Part shown: in pieces, positions 29,880 through 40,244 of the stretch | Layout: each line of letters opens with the position of its first letter | How positions within the stretch are numbered: the stretch's first letter is position 1 | NCBI GenBank assembly: GCA_965243855.1 | Contig: CBDEWE010000003.1 | Coordinates: forward strand, 1,474,610 to 1,538,609 | DNA length: 64,000 nt | DNA from: an uncultured Candidatus Binatia bacterium | GTDB taxonomy: Bacteria; Desulfobacterota; Binatia; Bin18 | Direction: 5' to 3' | Position numbers and translations under genes: made by a program | Notes under the pieces: model-generated | Told to the model about the DNA's origin: nothing | Databases searched by the model: none | The model's input: the letters and a program-made list of their open reading frames with translations, nothing else

Positions 29880-32144
29880 ATGATCATCACGAGTGTCCAC
29901 GCGAAAAATGTGCTGCGTTATGCGGAATTGAAGCTGACGAATCTCCCCCGGCAGGGAGTGATTGGCATAAGCGGTGCCAATGAATCCGGCAAAACGACCA
30001 TTGCCGAGATTCTGTGTCTGGCATTGTTTGGCCGGACGTTCTCTCACGCTGAGAGCGATTTCCAAAAAAACATCAAGTGGGGCGAGTTTGGCGCTTCAAT
30101 CTCTGTTGGCTTTCTTGCCAAGGATAAACACAGCTATTTGGTGACTCGCTCTTTTGATGCGGACGGGAATCACTTGGCTCAGCTTCGCAGGGACAGGGAA
30201 GACGAGCCCTTTGTCCGTGGAGCCGCTGCGGTGAACGAGAATGTGGCCCAACTATGTGGTTTTACCTATCAACGTTTTATTGATTCCTTTTATTTAGCCC
30301 AGCGCAATATCGCATCTCCGTCCATTCTCCTCCAGACCGCCAAGGCGTTGGCAGGGGTTGAAACCTTTGAGCAGGTAGCGACTGAATGTGAGTCCGATAT
30401 CCACGCCCTCCAGGAAGAACTCGCCCCTCTGCACAGCGGTCTTGCCGAGGCTCGCCGGCAGCGCAGTGAACTCAATATCCAGGCTGATGCGTTGCCCAAT
30501 TTGAAGACCGAACAGAACGCACAAACCACCGCCATGGCTGAGCGAAAAAAAGAGAATACGGTCCGTCAGCTGACGCTCGACCGTCTGCGCGCTGCAACCA
30601 CAGAGATGGCTGAGCAAGTGAAAAAGACGATGCAGGCCACTCTCGATGTCAGCTTGAAGCAGTGGCTCCATTATGCGGAGAATATCGATACGGTCACACA
30701 AAACGTCGACGCGGCGAGCGAAGGGGCAGAATCCGGTTCGGGTCAACGGCTGACTGGGGCGCTCCAGTCTTGGCGTGACGATTTGCGCAAGCGCCTTGAA
30801 GCTTTTACCCCGGTGCGTAACGCGACAGCCACGTATCGCCAACGTTTGGCCTGGCTCATTGGCCAGGGAGAGCGGCCGGCCGAGGTCGACACTCATGCGC
30901 GCTCTTTACCCGACCAGAGAGCATTTCTCCTCAGTCAGGGGGAAGAAATACGCGGGAAGCGGACCGGCCCTATTATCGGCTTTTTTGGCGCGTTTCTGTT
31001 GATGATTATGAGTTGGAGCGCACTCTGGTTTCTGAACTATATGCCAGACCACGCCATTGGACAGTGGCTCAGCAACGGCTTGCAACTACAGGTGACGCAT
31101 ACCACTGTGCTTCTCCTGGTCGCCGCAGTCTCCAGCGGACTGAGCCTGGTGTTGCTTGTTATGGTTTTCCTTCTGACGGAGCGGATTCTGACTGCGCGGC
31201 AGAGGGCCGCCCGCCTCCAGTCCGACCAAGAAGAAACCAAAGTCCAACTCCAAAGTTTAGATGACCTTCCTCAGCAGTCCCTGGCAACGGAGGTGGCGAA
31301 GCTTGATGCCTATGCTGATCCGCAATTGAAAGAGGCTCTGACCCAGTTTGTCAGTGGTCCCGGTGTGTCGCTGCTTGATGCAGAATCGCTCGCAGCGTTT
31401 CTTGCTCCGCTGGAGGCCGCGAGCCTCACCTGCCAGGAGGACGCTGACGCTATCACCAGACGGATAACTGGAGAAATCCGGTCTGTTGAGACGAATTTGG
31501 TTGCCATACAACAAGACCTGGAGCGTCTGGATCAGGCCATTACGGAAGAAGATCGTCGCCTCAATAAAGCGGCGCAACTGGACCAGGAGATCGCTGCGTT
31601 CGAAAAGGATATTGATGGTAAAACTCACAGTATTGAAGTACGGCGAATCGCACAAAATCTCCTCACTGGCTCACACCGTCGTTTACTGAGCCGGTTTAAC
31701 CTGGAGATGCGGCACGTTGTGAGTAAAATCATGCCGCAACTCACTGAGGGGCGCTACGAGACCATGCAGATCGATAACGACCTCAACGTCCGGGTATGGT
31801 CTAGTGAAAAGGGTCATTTTGTTGATCTGAACGAAATTTCGGGAGGCACCTATAATCAGGTCATGCTGGCGATCCGTCTCGCCTTGTCGCAAGCCCTGAT
31901 TACCTCGTCGCTGTGTGGCGTTGAGTGCCTAATTCTCGATGAGCCGTTCGCCTTTTTTGACGCCCAGCGTACCCAAAAGACTCTGGAAATTTTGCCTCAG
32001 GTTAGTCCTGAAATCGAACAGATGTGGATTATTGCTCAGCGGTTTGATGACAACAGCCCTTTCGCCATGCACCTGAGTTGCTCACGGGACTCGGAGGTTT
32101 TGATCGCCCCAGTGGGTGAATATGAGGCGTTGGAGGAGGGATAA
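29880..32144 (+). CDS. membrane-anchored SMC/Rad50/SbcC-family ATPase (YhaN/SbcE-like)
   Basis: N-terminal Walker A GISGANESGKTT. C-terminal ABC signature ISGGTYNQ and Walker B CLILDEP. Long coiled-coil arms are interrupted by two hydrophobic TM helices (aa ~365-385 and ~405-430). Confidence 0.7.
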   Translation: MIITSVHAKNVLRYAELKLTNLPRQGVIGISGANESGKTTIAEILCLALFGRTFSHAESDFQKNIKWGEFGASISVGFLAKDKHSYLVTRSFDADGNHLAQLRRDREDEPFVRGAAAVNENVAQLCGFTYQRFIDSFYLAQRNIASPSILLQTAKALAGVETFEQVATECESDIHALQEELAPLHSGLAEARRQRSELNIQADALPNLKTEQNAQTTAMAERKKENTVRQLTLDRLRAATTEMAEQVKKTMQATLDVSLKQWLHYAENIDTVTQNVDAASEGAESGSGQRLTGALQSWRDDLRKRLEAFTPVRNATATYRQRLAWLIGQGERPAEVDTHARSLPDQRAFLLSQGEEIRGKRTGPIIGFFGAFLLMIMSWSALWFLNYMPDHAIGQWLSNGLQLQVTHTTVLLLVAAVSSGLSLVLLVMVFLLTERILTARQRAARLQSDQEETKVQLQSLDDLPQQSLATEVAKLDAYADPQLKEALTQFVSGPGVSLLDAESLAAFLAPLEAASLTCQEDADAITRRITGEIRSVETNLVAIQQDLERLDQAITEEDRRLNKAAQLDQEIAAFEKDIDGKTHSIEVRRIAQNLLTGSHRRLLSRFNLEMRHVVSKIMPQLTEGRYETMQIDNDLNVRVWSSEKGHFVDLNEISGGTYNQVMLAIRLALSQALITSSLCGVECLILDEPFAFFDAQRTQKTLEILPQVSPEIEQMWIIAQRFDDNSPFAMHLSCSRDSEVLIAPVGEYEALEEG

Positions 32145-32150
32145 GGGTCC

Positions 32151-32225
32151 TTTGAGTCGATTGAGTCCATTGAGTCCATGAGGCTCAACAGACCCAACAG
32201 ACCCAACAAACTCAATAGGCCCATA
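32151..32225. repeat. family-B element, copy 2
   Basis: TTGAGTCGA TTGAGTCCA TTGAGTCCA TGAGGCTCAACA GACCCAACA GACCCAACA AACTCAATA GGCCCAT. Lies between the SMC-like ATPase and acyl-CoA dehydrogenase genes. Confidence 0.9.
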
Positions 32226-32239
32226 ACCAAGGAGATCGT

Positions 32240-33391
32240 ATGGATTTCGCTCTCACTAAAGAACAAGAAGCGTTTCGCGCGGAAATCCGGGAGTTCTTGT
32301 CGAGCGAGGTGCCGGCTGGGGCACGAGTTGAAGACGGCTGGATTAGCGGCTATTCGCGCGAATTTTCTCAGAAACTTGGCCAGCAAGGCTGGATCGGATT
32401 GACTTGGCCCAAGCAATACGGCGGGCAAGAAAAGTCGTATCTTGACCGCTTGATCCTGACCGAAGAACTGCTGCGTGCCGGAGCCCCGGTTGCGGCGCAC
32501 TGGCTGGGGGATCGTCAGGTTGGTCCGGCGCTTCTGGCGTATGGAAGTGAAGAGCAAAAACAAGAAATCCTCCCGCAAGTCTGTAAAGGTGAGATCGTCT
32601 TTTGTCTGGGTATGAGTGAGCCCGGGTCCGGCTCAGACCTGGCTTCGCTCCAGACCAGGGCGGAAGAGGAGGGAGATTACTATACCCTGAACGGCCAAAA
32701 AATCTGGACCAGCTTTGCCCATGTTGCAGATTATGCCTATCTGGTCGCTCGTACGGACCCGGATGCTCCGAAGCACAGGGGGATCAGTGAGTTCCTGGTT
32801 GCGATGGATACTCCGGGTGTCGATGTGCGACCCCTTATCGATGCCACGGGGGAGCATCACTTTAACGAGGTCTTTTTTGATAATGCTGAGGTACCGAAAA
32901 ACCGGCTGATTGGTGAGAAAAATCGAGGCTGGTACCAGATTGCCTCCCAGCTTGACTATGAGCGCAGCGGTATTGAGCGGCTGCTGAGTAATTATCCCCT
33001 GTTTCAGGATGCCGTTCGGTACGCAAAGGAACAGGGGCTGACGAAAGATCCGCTTGTCCGGGACACACTGTCTCAGCTTCAGATCGAGCTCGATTTGGGC
33101 CGTTCCATGGTTTACAAGGTGGCTTGGTATCTGACTCAGAAGATGGTGCCGAACTACGAGGCCGCCATGGCAAAGTGTTTTTGTACCGAAGTGGAACAGC
33201 GTATTGCCAAAGCGGTGAGTGAACTGCTGGGTGATTATGCGGTCCTCCTGCCAGGCTCGCCTCATGCTCGCTTAGCCGGCCGTGCAGCTCGAGAATATCT
33301 GTACGCTCCGGCCTATACGATCCAGGGCGGAACGAGCAATATTCTGCGCAATATCGTCGCGATCCGCGGCCTTGGTTTGCAGCCAGGGTAG
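32240..33391 (+). CDS. acyl-CoA dehydrogenase
   Basis: 383 aa ACAD (GMSEPGSGSDLASL; IWTSFAHVADY; catalytic C-terminal YTIQGGTSNILRN). Confidence 0.85.
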   Translation: MDFALTKEQEAFRAEIREFLSSEVPAGARVEDGWISGYSREFSQKLGQQGWIGLTWPKQYGGQEKSYLDRLILTEELLRAGAPVAAHWLGDRQVGPALLAYGSEEQKQEILPQVCKGEIVFCLGMSEPGSGSDLASLQTRAEEEGDYYTLNGQKIWTSFAHVADYAYLVARTDPDAPKHRGISEFLVAMDTPGVDVRPLIDATGEHHFNEVFFDNAEVPKNRLIGEKNRGWYQIASQLDYERSGIERLLSNYPLFQDAVRYAKEQGLTKDPLVRDTLSQLQIELDLGRSMVYKVAWYLTQKMVPNYEAAMAKCFCTEVEQRIAKAVSELLGDYAVLLPGSPHARLAGRAAREYLYAPAYTIQGGTSNILRNIVAIRGLGLQPG

Positions 33392-33392
33392 A

Positions 33393-33443
33393 ATGAGTAA
33401 ACGTATCCAGCATCTGCATGTTTATTGGAGGACACGTTTACTT
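33393..33443. repeat. family-A palindromic element, copy 7
   Basis: GAGTAAACGTATCCAGCATCTGCATGTTTATTGGAGGACACGTTTACT. Lies between the acyl-CoA dehydrogenase and SDR genes. Confidence 0.9.
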
Positions 33444-33526
33444 ATCGGGACAGCATAAGAGTGAGCGGTTGCTCTTATGCTGCTCGGTCTTTGAGGGGCC
33501 AGTCGGCCCTGACTGAAGGAGGGCCC

Positions 33527-34279
33527 ATGCTTTTGGAAAATAAAGTTGCGCTTATTACCGGATCCGTCCGAGGGACCGGAGCTGGCATCGCTCGTGTTTT
33601 CGCCGGCGAAGGAGCGAAGGTTGTCATTAACCAAGTCAAAGAAGAAGGTAATCCTCAACAGGTGCTTGAAGAAATCGAATCAGCTGGCGGGCAAGCCCTA
33701 TTTGTCAAGGCAGACATTACGGATGAAGCTCAAGTTACTGATATAATTTGCCAAACCGAAGAACGGTTTGGTCAGATTGATATCCTCGTTAACAATTATG
33801 CTGGCAGTATTCCACAGAAACTGTTTCAGGACACAACCTGGGCGGACTGGCAGTATCAGCTCGATACGACGGTCAAAGCCGCCTTTTTGTGTGCGCAGGC
33901 GGTTTTGCCTGGAATGAAAACGCGACAGTGGGGACGGATCATCAGCATCAACACGATTGGCATTCATCAACCAAGACCGCACTATCATGCTTATATCGCA
34001 GCAAAAACAGCTATGTTGGGTTTCTCTCGGAATTTAGCGGTTGAATGTGGTCAGTATAGTATCACCGTCAATATTGTCTCTCCCGGCTTGACCTTAACTC
34101 AGGAAGTCAAAGACATGTTGACGGAGGAAACCCAGGCAAGGCATGAGAGCAAAGTGCCGTTGCGCAGAACAGGGACGGTTGAGGATACGGCAAACGCAGC
34201 GCTGTTTTTTGCGTCTGAGTTGAGCAGCTTCGTTACCGGCCACTACATGCCGGTGTGTGGTGGGCAGGTGTTAGAGTAG
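33527..34279 (+). CDS. SDR family oxidoreductase
   Basis: Begins MLLENKVALITGSVRGTGAGIA (TGxxxGxG). Catalytic YxxxK (YIAAK) present. Confidence 0.85.
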   Translation: MLLENKVALITGSVRGTGAGIARVFAGEGAKVVINQVKEEGNPQQVLEEIESAGGQALFVKADITDEAQVTDIICQTEERFGQIDILVNNYAGSIPQKLFQDTTWADWQYQLDTTVKAAFLCAQAVLPGMKTRQWGRIISINTIGIHQPRPHYHAYIAAKTAMLGFSRNLAVECGQYSITVNIVSPGLTLTQEVKDMLTEETQARHESKVPLRRTGTVEDTANAALFFASELSSFVTGHYMPVCGGQVLE

Positions 34280-34348
34280 GCTGAAAGATTGCTCGTTTGA
34301 TAAATATAAGACTGATAATTTTTCTTTTGTAAAATTTTAGGAGGATGT

Positions 34349-35362
34349 ATGCAGCGATATGGTATCGCTCTTTTTACACCGACGATCCGCGACATGATGG
34401 AAATCGCTCAACTCGCCGATGAGGCCGGTTTTGACTCTCTTTGGAACGGCGAGTTTTTTAATCGCAATAGCCTTGTCACCTTAGCCGCGGTTGCCACGTG
34501 TACCCAGCGCTCCAAAATTGCTACCGGCATCGCCTATGCGTATATGCGGAACCCGGTACTGAATGCGACCGGGGCAATGGATATTGACGAACTCTCGAAC
34601 GGCCGTCTGATTCTTGGCTTAGGGAGTGGGACCCGTTCCATGAACGAAATGTGGTACGGAGAAAAGTTCGAGCCCCGCTCGGCGTTGAAAATGAAAGAGT
34701 GTGTCACACTGATCAGGAAAATATGGTCATCGCACGCGGGCGGTGGGATGAAGTTTGAGGGCGACTATTACACATTGAACATTCCTGCGTACACGCGTCC
34801 GTATATCGTCCGTAATCGTATTCCTCTCTATCTGGCTGCGGTGCAAAAGGGCATGTTGCGGACGACTGGCGAGATTGCCGACGGCTTAGTCGGCCACCCG
34901 CTCTACAGCCGTAAATATATCGCGGAATTCATTCGACCGAATATAGAGGTCGGAGCGAAGCGGGCGGGTCGGAAACCCAAAGACGTTGACATGACGACGC
35001 TGCTGATCACCGCGATCAGCCATGATCGTGAGCAAGCCATACGCGACGCGAAAAATCAGATCGCCTTTTATGCCTCGGTAAAATCCTACGAGGGTATTCT
35101 GAATCTGCATGGTTGGGAGGAACAAAAACGGACGATATGGGAACATTTCAGAACCTTTAACCTGCCGAAGATGGCGGCTGCCGTGACCGACGATATGGTC
35201 GAACAAATCGCGATCGCAGGTACTCCGGAAGAATGTCGTGAGCAGATTGAGAAATGGAGAGACATCGTGGACCTGCCTATTCTGTATACACCAACGGCTG
35301 GGGTCAAAGCTGACCGCGTACGAGAGAATCACCGACTCATTGTTGAGACGTTTGGTCAGTGA
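34349..35362 (+). CDS. LLM-class F420-dependent oxidoreductase
   Basis: 337 aa luciferase-like TIM barrel (GRLILGLGSGT; FDSLWNGEFF). Confidence 0.75.
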   Translation: MQRYGIALFTPTIRDMMEIAQLADEAGFDSLWNGEFFNRNSLVTLAAVATCTQRSKIATGIAYAYMRNPVLNATGAMDIDELSNGRLILGLGSGTRSMNEMWYGEKFEPRSALKMKECVTLIRKIWSSHAGGGMKFEGDYYTLNIPAYTRPYIVRNRIPLYLAAVQKGMLRTTGEIADGLVGHPLYSRKYIAEFIRPNIEVGAKRAGRKPKDVDMTTLLITAISHDREQAIRDAKNQIAFYASVKSYEGILNLHGWEEQKRTIWEHFRTFNLPKMAAAVTDDMVEQIAIAGTPEECREQIEKWRDIVDLPILYTPTAGVKADRVRENHRLIVETFGQ

Positions 35363-35661
35363 CATAATCCAAAAGAGAGATGGGTGTCGTTAGAGAAAAA
35401 TGTTTCGTGTGAAACAGGTAAGGTATTGGATGAGGTAATTCATCTTTTTCAGGATTTTCTCTGACTGTTAAGACTGAAAAAATATCAAACAGTTAGATGG
35501 TAAGGTGGGGAATATTCTCAGGTAGAACATCACTTTTTGATATATGGCAATGTCGAGTCTGGAACGATTTTCTAGTGTCCTCTGTTCTCTCCATTGGAGG
35601 GGTACGGGAAGACTGAAGTCCAGCTATACCCAACCAGTGTTGATAAGCTAAAACTATCAAG

Positions 35662-36468
35662 GTGAATGGTGTGAGTGGAGATGCAGCCATCGGAATTTTT
35701 GACTCCGGTATAGGTGGACTTACCGTCTATCAGCAAATTGCGACTCTCTTACCTGCTGAAAACCTGATATATCTCGGAGATACTGCGCGCTGCCCTTATG
35801 GGACAAAGTCACACGATGTTGTGACGCAGTATGCGTGTGAGAATAGTGATTTTCTCACTGAACGGAATATCAAGATGCTGGTGGTGGCGTGTAATACTGC
35901 CTCGGCAGTGGCACTCATGGCTTTACAAGAACGTTACTCTATACCCGTTATCGGTGTAATACAGCCTGGTGCTTCGGCGGCCGTCCGGTCGAGTCGAAAT
36001 AAAAAAATAGGAGTGATAGGGACCGAGGCAACTATTGTGAGTGGAGCGTATACAAAAGCACTGCGGGCCTTAGACCCGTCTCTTGAGATTTATACGCGCG
36101 CGTGCCCACTCCTTGTTCCGTTAGTGGAGGAGGGCTGGGTGGAGAACGAGGTGGCCCACTCAACCGTAGCGACATATCTCAGTAGCCTCAAACAGAGTGG
36201 TATAGATACGTTGATTTTAGGTTGCACACATTATCCTTTATTAAAAAAGACGATTGCGGCATGTCTGGGAGAGCACGTACAGCTCATTGATTCTGCTGAG
36301 GAAACGGCCAAGGTGGTGAGCGCAACCTTATCCGATGACCACCGGACCCAGTTGAATGGACCGGGACGGGGCAGCTTTTTCGTCACAGACAGCCCGGATC
36401 AATTCATTAAAGTTGGTGCTCGCTTTCTCGGCGATGTGGTTGAATCAGCAGTGCGTCTGGAACGTTAA
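35662..36468 (+). CDS. murI: glutamate racemase
   Basis: [15 protein letters not shown]-terminus. Catalytic Cys motifs VVACNTAS and [10 protein letters not shown]. Confidence 0.9.
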   Translation: MNGVSGDAAIGIFDSGIGGLTVYQQIATLLPAENLIYLGDTARCPYGTKSHDVVTQYACENSDFLTERNIKMLVVACNTASAVALMALQERYSIPVIGVIQPGASAAVRSSRNKKIGVIGTEATIVSGAYTKALRALDPSLEIYTRACPLLVPLVEEGWVENEVAHSTVATYLSSLKQSGIDTLILGCTHYPLLKKTIAACLGEHVQLIDSAEETAKVVSATLSDDHRTQLNGPGRGSFFVTDSPDQFIKVGARFLGDVVESAVRLER

Positions 36469-36488
36469 TATCTAAAGGTAACACGATC

Positions 36489-39400
36489 ATGTTAGCACGT
36501 TTGGCACAGAAAATTTTTGGGAGCAAAAACGAACGCGAGCTCAAGCGCATGCGCCCGTTAGTGGCAGAGATCGGGCAGCTTGAACCTGAACTGCAACCGC
36601 TCAGCATGGATGAGCTGCGAGCGAAAACGGATATATTCCGCAGCCGAATCCAAGATGCCACTGCAGCGACACGTGTACAGTTGGATGAGATTGCACAGCA
36701 GGCGGCCGAGATTGCTCCAGAAGGTGTCCCTGACGCAGATGAGCTGGAGAAGTTGGACTACTTCCAAGAGGAACGAACCAGCCTGGAAAAAGAACTTCGC
36801 GCGGCGGAAGCTGATGTGCTTGACGATATTCTGCCCGAAGCCTATGCGACCGTCCGCGAAGTCTCGCGTCGGGTCACCAGCATGCGCCATTTTGATAGCC
36901 AACTCCTTGGCGGCATTGTCCTCCATCAGGGCCGTATTGCCGAGATGAAAACGGGCGAGGGAAAGACGCTGGTTGCAACCCTGCCGCTCTATCTCAACGC
37001 CCTACTCGGTCGTGGCTCACATCTGGTAACGGTCAACGACTATCTGGCCCGCCGTGATGTGCAGTGGATGGGGCCTATTTATCATGCCCTTGGGCTATCC
37101 GTTGCTTCTATCGTACACGACGCGAGTTTTATCTTTGACCCGACTCATGTGGTCAAAGATTATCGGTATATGAATCTTCGTCCGGTCAGCCGCAAAGAGG
37201 CATATGCGGCCGATATCACCTATGGAACGAATAACGAATACGGCTTCGACTACTTACGCGATAATATGAAGTTCAACCTTGAAGATTATGTTCAGCGTGA
37301 ATTGCATTTTGCCATTGTTGATGAAGTGGATAACATCCTGATTGACGAAGCTCGGACGCCACTGATTATTTCCGGTCCGGCAGAAGAATCCACACAGAAG
37401 TATTACTCGCTCAATCGGGTCATTCCGCGTCTCCAGCGTGAGGTCGATTACGCTATTGACGAAAAACTCAGAACCGCAACGCTCACCGAAGAGGGGGTCG
37501 CGAAAGTTGAGCGTATTCTCGGCGTGCGCAACCTGTACGACCCGTCTGAGATCGGGACCTTGCACCATGTCAACCAGGCGCTGAAAGCGCATGCCATTTT
37601 TAAGCGCGACGTTGATTATGTGATTAAGGATGGCGAAGTCGTCATCGTTGATGAATTTACCGGTCGTCTCATGCCCGGCCGACGCTGGTCGGATGGGCTG
37701 CATCAAGCCGTCGAAGCCAAGGAGGGCGTCCGGATTCGTGAGGAAAATCAAACTCTTGCGAGCATAACGATTCAGAATTACTTCCGCATGTACGATAAAT
37801 TGGGAGGCATGACTGGGACGGCGGATACGGAGGCGGTTGAATTCAAGAAGATCTACGATCTTGATGTGGTGGTGATTCCACCCAATCGTCCCATGGTCCG
37901 GATGGATCATCCTGACATGGTGTACAAGACCGAGCGCGAGAAATTCGAGGCAGTGATTGCCGATATCCTCGACTGCCACGAGCGGGGACAACCCGTATTG
38001 GTCGGTACAATTTCAGTCGAGAAGTCCGAATATCTCAGCAGACTCCTCAAGAGAAAAAAGGTCAAGCACAATGTCCTCAATGCGGTTAACCACGAAGCTG
38101 AGGCGAACATTATTGCCCAGGCGGGTCGTTTTGGTGCGGTGACTATTGCCACGAATATGGCTGGTCGGGGGACTGATATTTTGCTTGGTGGAAACCCGGA
38201 ATTCCTGGCCCGCTCCGATATTGAAAAAAAATGGGTCAATAAGGCCAGTGCCGCCCGGACCAAGAAAGGCGCAAAGACAGCGGCCACAACAGAAAAGAGT
38301 TACGAAGACCAACTAGAAGAAATCCGCGCAGAGTATAATGCTGCGACCGCCCAGGCCCAGGAAAAATATGAGCCTCAATGGACTCCTTTCGAGGAGGCCC
38401 GTAATGCGGCATTGAAACGGATGACGGAGACCTATCGCCCCTATCTCCACGCTACGCTGCAGAAAGCTCGGGTCGACTATGGGGAGGCTGCGCGTGTGTT
38501 CGTTGGGCCGGTTGAGTCCGTTGAGTCATCGAGTCGGTTGAGTCTTGACCCCAAAGACCCTAAAGACTCAACAGACCCAAAAGACCTCCCTATGGAGACG
38601 TATAGCCAAGCACGGGAAGCGTATGAGTCGGCATTGTCAGAATATGACAAGGTGGTCGGTCCAGCGCTGAATGAAGAGCAACAACAAGACTATGAGACTG
38701 CGCGTACCGATTTTATTGCGGTATTGACTGAAGATGGGATGGAGGAGGGAGAGGCGTCTGAACGCCTTAACCTCAACCGAAACCGCTACGAAGATTGGCT
38801 AGAAGATTACTGTCAGTCCATTATTCAGATGGCTGGCTTAGCTCTGAGTGAAAACGACCGGGTACAAGAGGTATATGAAGCCGCCCGCCAGGCGTATGAA
38901 GAAAACCAACAAGCCTACCAGGATGCTGATCAACGCTATGAGGAGGCGCGTAAGCCGTATGAAGCCGCTGTCGCTGAGGCAGAGCGTGTGTACGAGCAAC
39001 AGCGCAAGGATCATGTCCAGGTCATAGAAGAGGTCAGGGAACAGCTTGAGAAAGCACCTGACGCGTATAGCCAGGATTTCAACGAAATTCTTGAGAAGTA
39101 CGAGAAAACGTGCGGCGAGGAGCGAGAAAAGGTTGTTGCTGCCGGTGGTGTACACATTTTGGGCACTGAGCGTCACGAGTCTCGAAGAATTGATAACCAA
39201 CTCCGCGGGCGCGCGGGACGCCAGGGAGACCCTGGTTCATCCAGATTTTTCCTCTCCCTGGAAGATGACCTCCTGCGTATTTTTGGCGCAGAGCGCGTAC
39301 AGAAAATAATGGACCGGCTGGGCATGGAAGAGGGGGAACCCATAGAAGCCGGACTCGTCACCCGGGCTATCGAAAATGCCCAGGGGCGAGTCGAGGGCCA

Positions 39401-40226
39401 TAACTTCGATATCCGAAAACATCTGCTGGAATATGATGATGTGATTAACAAACAGCGTGAAGTCATCTATGAGCAGCGCCGGGGATTCCTGGCCGGTGAA
39501 AATTTGAAAGGTCAGGTACTGGAAATTGTTGAAGAGATGGCTGAAGAAAGTGTGCTGAACTATGCGGATAAAGGAATCGACCCGGCGGAGTGGGACTGGA
39601 AAGGGCTTGATGACACGGTGTTTCGCCAATTCAATATGCGTCTTGGCTTGAGTGAGGAACAGCAAGAAGAGCTGATAACGGAAGATCTCCAGGACCTTGT
39701 GCGAGACCGGGCGCTCCAACACTATGAAGAACGAGAACAGGCTTTTACACCACCTGTTATGCGGTATCTCGAAAAGGTGATCATGCTACAAACCATGGAC
39801 AGTCTGTGGAAAGACCACCTGTTTGCCATGGACCACCTTAAAGAGGGGATTGGTCTGCGCGGCTACGGTCAGAAAAACCCCCTGCAAGAGTACAAGAAAG
39901 AGGCATTCAGTCTGTTCGACGACCTCTCCCGTCGGATGCAGGAAGATATTGTTGAAAAGCTCTATAGCGTCCAGGTGGCCCGCCAGGAAGATGTCCAGCG
40001 GATGGAGGAAGGGCAGGCTGCACAACGGCCTATGCAGATGATGCACGGCGGACAGGCAACGCTCCAACAACCACAGTCGGCAACACGACCTATGCAGGGG
40101 GGACCGAATGGACAGCCACAGACGGAACGACCTGTCCAAGCCGTACGGGATACGCCCAAGGTTGGTCGGAACGCACCCTGTCCGTGTGGTAGCGGCAAGA
40201 AATACAAGAAGTGTCACGGCGCATGA
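36489..40226 (+). CDS. secA: preprotein translocase ATPase SecA, with a ~300-aa insertion in NBD2 and a C-terminal zinc finger
   Basis: [21 protein letters not shown] start. DEAD-motor motifs ([13 protein letters not shown]; DEVD; [10 protein letters not shown]; [27 protein letters not shown]). C-terminal [14 protein letters not shown]. 1245 aa versus about 900 aa for typical SecA. Confidence 0.95.
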   Translation: MLARLAQKIFGSKNERELKRMRPLVAEIGQLEPELQPLSMDELRAKTDIFRSRIQDATAATRVQLDEIAQQAAEIAPEGVPDADELEKLDYFQEERTSLEKELRAAEADVLDDILPEAYATVREVSRRVTSMRHFDSQLLGGIVLHQGRIAEMKTGEGKTLVATLPLYLNALLGRGSHLVTVNDYLARRDVQWMGPIYHALGLSVASIVHDASFIFDPTHVVKDYRYMNLRPVSRKEAYAADITYGTNNEYGFDYLRDNMKFNLEDYVQRELHFAIVDEVDNILIDEARTPLIISGPAEESTQKYYSLNRVIPRLQREVDYAIDEKLRTATLTEEGVAKVERILGVRNLYDPSEIGTLHHVNQALKAHAIFKRDVDYVIKDGEVVIVDEFTGRLMPGRRWSDGLHQAVEAKEGVRIREENQTLASITIQNYFRMYDKLGGMTGTADTEAVEFKKIYDLDVVVIPPNRPMVRMDHPDMVYKTEREKFEAVIADILDCHERGQPVLVGTISVEKSEYLSRLLKRKKVKHNVLNAVNHEAEANIIAQAGRFGAVTIATNMAGRGTDILLGGNPEFLARSDIEKKWVNKASAARTKKGAKTAATTEKSYEDQLEEIRAEYNAATAQAQEKYEPQWTPFEEARNAALKRMTETYRPYLHATLQKARVDYGEAARVFVGPVESVESSSRLSLDPKDPKDSTDPKDLPMETYSQAREAYESALSEYDKVVGPALNEEQQQDYETARTDFIAVLTEDGMEEGEASERLNLNRNRYEDWLEDYCQSIIQMAGLALSENDRVQEVYEAARQAYEENQQAYQDADQRYEEARKPYEAAVAEAERVYEQQRKDHVQVIEEVREQLEKAPDAYSQDFNEILEKYEKTCGEEREKVVAAGGVHILGTERHESRRIDNQLRGRAGRQGDPGSSRFFLSLEDDLLRIFGAERVQKIMDRLGMEEGEPIEAGLVTRAIENAQGRVEGHNFDIRKHLLEYDDVINKQREVIYEQRRGFLAGENLKGQVLEIVEEMAEESVLNYADKGIDPAEWDWKGLDDTVFRQFNMRLGLSEEQQEELITEDLQDLVRDRALQHYEEREQAFTPPVMRYLEKVIMLQTMDSLWKDHLFAMDHLKEGIGLRGYGQKNPLQEYKKEAFSLFDDLSRRMQEDIVEKLYSVQVARQEDVQRMEEGQAAQRPMQMMHGGQATLQQPQSATRPMQGGPNGQPQTERPVQAVRDTPKVGRNAPCPCGSGKKYKKCHGA
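38511..38586. repeat. family-B element, copy 3, inside the secA coding sequence and in frame
   Basis: GTTGAGTCC GTTGAGTCA TCGAGTCG GTTGAGTCT TGACCCCAAAGACCCTAAAGACTCAACAGACCCAAAAGAC, translated as [25 protein letters not shown] within SecA. Confidence 0.9.
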
Positions 40227-40244
40227 TAGAATCAGAGCCAAGCT

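Noticed and set aside
37254-37991. 245-aa and other ORFs antisense to secA (also 16040-16624 antisense to the DUF255 gene, 846-1457 antisense to the LLM gene, 32633-33265 antisense to the acyl-CoA dehydrogenase gene, 51267-51998 antisense to the octahaem gene)
   Set aside because: All lie opposite genes with unambiguous conserved motifs. None has a recognisable domain.
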